Assembly (NCBI GenBank): GCA_032718475.1
Contig: JAUCBJ010007551.1
Span: forward strand, 1 to 64,000
Reading direction: 5' to 3'
Length of the DNA stretch: 64,000 bases
Source: Nemertoderma westbladi
Taxonomy: Eukaryota > Animalia > Xenacoelomorpha
The translations under genes were made by a program, and so were the position numbers. The notes under the pieces are model-generated. The model made no database searches. It was not told the DNA's origin and worked only from the letters and a program-made list of their open reading frames with translations. Below are positions 61,223 to 64,000 of this stretch, one piece after another; position 1 is the first letter of the stretch; every line of letters starts with the position of its first letter.

Positions 61223-64000
61223 TTATGTTATGGAGTCCCTAGATATTTGTCGGATTAGGGAAGTGGTCGTAGGAAGAGTATCTTGCCTTCCATAGTTTCC
61301 GGACAGTTTTCGGTCTCTTTCCAGTAAACATAAACGACCAACTGGGCGATTGAGTTGTTGTGTTACTTTCTCCGCTCCCTTGGCCTGTCTAATCTCCGCC
61401 GTGGTAAGATGAGGAGGCCATTCTTCTTCTTCTTTACTTAAGAAGTCGGATCCACCTAACCAGCCTGGAGTATCTATCAGTTCTTGAGGAGTTGCTCCTC
61501 TGGAAGCGATGTCGGCTGGATTAATCGTCCCAAGGCAATGTCTCCATTGATCTACATTGGAGTTAATATCGTCATTATCTGAGGAGTATGGTGTTCCCTC
61601 AGTTGGGTCGTCCACATCACTGCTCTCCACTTCCCCCTTTACTTGGTATACCTGTTGTTGAGGTAATCTCTCTTTGAGAGTTCTACGGGAAGGGCCAGTG
61701 AAGTACCAACCTACTCTAGTTCTTACCGCATAGGTTTGTAGTGGCTGCGGTTGAGCAGGCCGTTTCTCCAATGTCTCGAGCGCCTCATGCGCGTTTTGGC
61801 CGATGAGGATTTGCACTCCAGGATAATCGGTTTGGAATCGAGGTATCTCAAGATGTTGGATGCACTCGTCCTCGTCCCAGTTATAAGGTTCTGCTTGAGT
61901 AGTAGCAAAGTTCTTTATGGCCACCATTTTTACTGACCTTATACTTTGTGCTCCTAATTTATCCTGGGGGGTGGACAACGCACCTACATAGTAATCTGCC
62001 GTTATGGTAGATTTCCAAACCTGTATAATTCCTGACATATTCAATTTAGTCCGGAACTTGGGTTGTCCAGCAAAGATATCTTCGGCTAGTTCTTGATTGA
62101 TGAATGTTCCTGTGCTGCCGGAGTCAAGGAGGGCGTTCACTATGTAGCTTTTGTTAAGACCGTGAACTCTTACTTGAACTACAGGAAATTCTCTGATTCC
62201 TACGTTGGAAGCTGGAGCTTTCCAAGATGGTTGTTTGGCGAAAGTAGTTGGGGGAAACTCATCGTTGATGTCCTTTTTGTAAGTAAGTGCTCGATACACT
62301 GCGGTATTTATTAGGTAACAGGATTCGTTGGCATCGGAGAATTCGTCTGTATAGAATCCTTCCCACTCAGAACTTTGGTCAGTGTCGTTCACATCACTGA
62401 ATTGGACATGTGATTTGGGCTCACTTACCTGACTAGGGTTGTTTCGTTCGAATTCCGTGTGCAACAAGCTATGATGTTTCGCGCCGCACTTAGCACACCT
62501 TGCGTCAGAGTAACAGGTTCGCCGCTGGTGTCCGCGTCTGAGACAGTTATAACATAACCGTTTATCCCACAGGACTCCACGTCTATCTGCCATGGATTTC
62601 TTTAGGAATTCTGCACACGCACTCAAACGGTGGGGCCCGTCGCACAGCGCACATTTTGGTTTGATGTTACTCACCTTAACTTGGTTAACGTTCTGCACTC
62701 TCGTTCTTTCTTCGGGCTTTCTTCCGTGAATTCTCTTAGGAGACGTAGGAGGAGTTGTTGTTACCTGTTCTCTCCTGTCACTGGTTCGAGACTTGTATTT
62801 ACTTACGTCTTTATAGGTCTTGTTGTCATAGTAAGATCGTTCGGTGTCTTTCCCGCTGTCCTCTTCTTGAGAAGCTTGGCTTTCGCCGTCGTCAGTATAA
62901 CACACTGGTATTATCCTTCTCCTAGAATCGGGTTTCTCACTTACCTTATTTTCCGATGTTTTCTCTCTGGCCTGCCTTATGAGTTGTAATTTTACTTCAC
63001 TATCTAAGAAAGACATGAGATCAGCCATGGTAGGACTTCGTCGTTGTTGTTCATTCATGTACAACACTTTCTTGTCCCAGCGCGTACATACTCCACCCTT
63101 TGGTAAAGTAGAGACTACGGCTCCAATGACCATGGAACTCTGATATTCATGCGACTTACCTAACCAGTCCAGTTGTCTACAGATCTCTTGAATTTCATCG
63201 GAAAACTCTATAATCCCGCTACTAAGGAAGTGTCGGGGGGCTACTAATTTTGCATACAAATACTTAGCTATGTTATCCTTGTTACCATACCTGATGTTTA
63301 GTGTATCCCAAACTTGTCTTAATCCATCTGGATGTCCAATAAACTTTAACGCCATTAACTTGGGAGGTCCTTCCAAGCACTTGATGAGGAATCTAAGTTT
63401 CTCTCCGTTAGATAGTACAGAGTTCTGTATGCTATCTTTGTAATATTCGTTGAAAGGTAACCATTTCATCTCATCTCCATTGAATTTGACGATCTCTCCC
63501 ACTTTGACCGCTTGGCGGGCTTCTGTTCTAGCCATCTGACGCGTAAAGCTTTCTTGGACCATCGTGTTATTTAATATCGAATTATCGGTATATAAATTTC
63601 TCGGATCATTATCAGGTCTATAGGGAATATCATTAATAACAGGTTTATAATCACCCTTAATAGGGTTTGCTATAGGAGTTTCAACTTCACTAGCAGTATA
63701 GATGCGTGTAGGCTCCACACCTTGCGCATGTAGTACTTCAGACCTAACAGGTTGACACAATGTTACAGGGGGTATTGGTATGCCCTTTTGGATATTGACT
63801 AATTTGTCGCGTTCTAGTGCGATACTTTGCTGCACTTCTTGCAACTCTGCTCTACCTTCCCTCACTGTTCCCTTAAGTTGGTGGACAGTCTCCTGCATCT
63901 GTCCTAGCAGGAGATTCATCCCCCGCCGTCCCTCTTCCACCCACTCAACCGCCGAAGCAGGAGTCGCCAACATAGTAGCGGGCTGACGCGGGACGACGGG
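61223..64000 (-). CDS. gag: BEL/Pao Gag-protease polyprotein (RT/IN-deleted), 5' end outside window
   Basis: Uninterrupted homolog of 3031-6099 with the same domain set and deletions; INPADIASRG and RPVGRLCLLE remnants are closer to consensus here. Confidence 0.88.
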   Translation of the reverse strand, partial: PVVPRQPATMLATPASAVEWVEEGRRGMNLLLGQMQETVHQLKGTVREGRAELQEVQQSIALERDKLVNIQKGIPIPPVTLCQPVRSEVLHAQGVEPTRIYTASEVETPIANPIKGDYKPVINDIPYRPDNDPRNLYTDNSILNNTMVQESFTRQMARTEARQAVKVGEIVKFNGDEMKWLPFNEYYKDSIQNSVLSNGEKLRFLIKCLEGPPKLMALKFIGHPDGLRQVWDTLNIRYGNKDNIAKYLYAKLVAPRHFLSSGIIEFSDEIQEICRQLDWLGKSHEYQSSMVIGAVVSTLPKGGVCTRWDKKVLYMNEQQRRSPTMADLMSFLDSEVKLQLIRQAREKTSENKVSEKPDSRRRIIPVCYTDDGESQASQEEDSGKDTERSYYDNKTYKDVSKYKSRTSDRREQVTTTPPTSPKRIHGRKPEERTRVQNVNQVKVSNIKPKCALCDGPHRLSACAEFLKKSMADRRGVLWDKRLCYNCLRRGHQRRTCYSDARCAKCGAKHHSLLHTEFERNNPSQVSEPKSHVQFSDVNDTDQSSEWEGFYTDEFSDANESCYLINTAVYRALTYKKDINDEFPPTTFAKQPSWKAPASNVGIREFPVVQVRVHGLNKSYIVNALLDSGSTGTFINQELAEDIFAGQPKFRTKLNMSGIIQVWKSTITADYYVGALSTPQDKLGAQSIRSVKMVAIKNFATTQAEPYNWDEDECIQHLEIPRFQTDYPGVQILIGQNAHEALETLEKRPAQPQPLQTYAVRTRVGWYFTGPSRRTLKERLPQQQVYQVKGEVESSDVDDPTEGTPYSSDNDDINSNVDQWRHCLGTINPADIASRGATPQELIDTPGWLGGSDFLSKEEEEWPPHLTTAEIRQAKGAEKVTQQLNRPVGRLCLLERDRKLSGNYGRQDTLPTTTSLIRQISRDSIT

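Larger units (their letters stand above)
57249..64000 (-). mobile_element. BEL/Pao-like LTR retroelement, copy 3 (inverted), running off the right edge
   Basis: Reverse complement of ~3318-10506; begins TGTTCGCGC on + (the same AACA terminus). Confidence 0.88.

Overview
Eukaryotic (metazoan, probably invertebrate) repeat-rich window. Both ends carry copies of one BEL/Pao-type LTR retroelement family: a 3' part at 1-2939 and a near-complete body at 2940-10506 on +, and an inverted copy at 57249-64000 on -. The element is unusual. Its polyprotein keeps Gag (triple Cys-His box) and protease, but RT, most of RNase H and integrase appear removed in frame. Downstream lies a second ~482-codon ORF with three zinc-knuckle-like motifs and an Arg/Lys-rich tail. 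That ORF shows strong synonymous-change bias between copies and one TGA shared by all copies. The ~47 kb between the elements contains a predicted 3-exon PP1 glycogen-targeting subunit gene (PPP1R3-like: RVxF + CBM21), an intronless divergent CHMP4/Snf7 (ESCRT-III) gene, RTE- and CRE-type LINE fragments and MITEs. It also holds about a dozen unrelated minisatellite arrays (~22 kb), several visibly grown from adjacent seed sequence. The very long ORFs in the track at 10.5, 23.8, 28, 35.8, 40, 42 and 52 kb are satellite artefacts. All family calls come from motif recognition by eye, not database searches.
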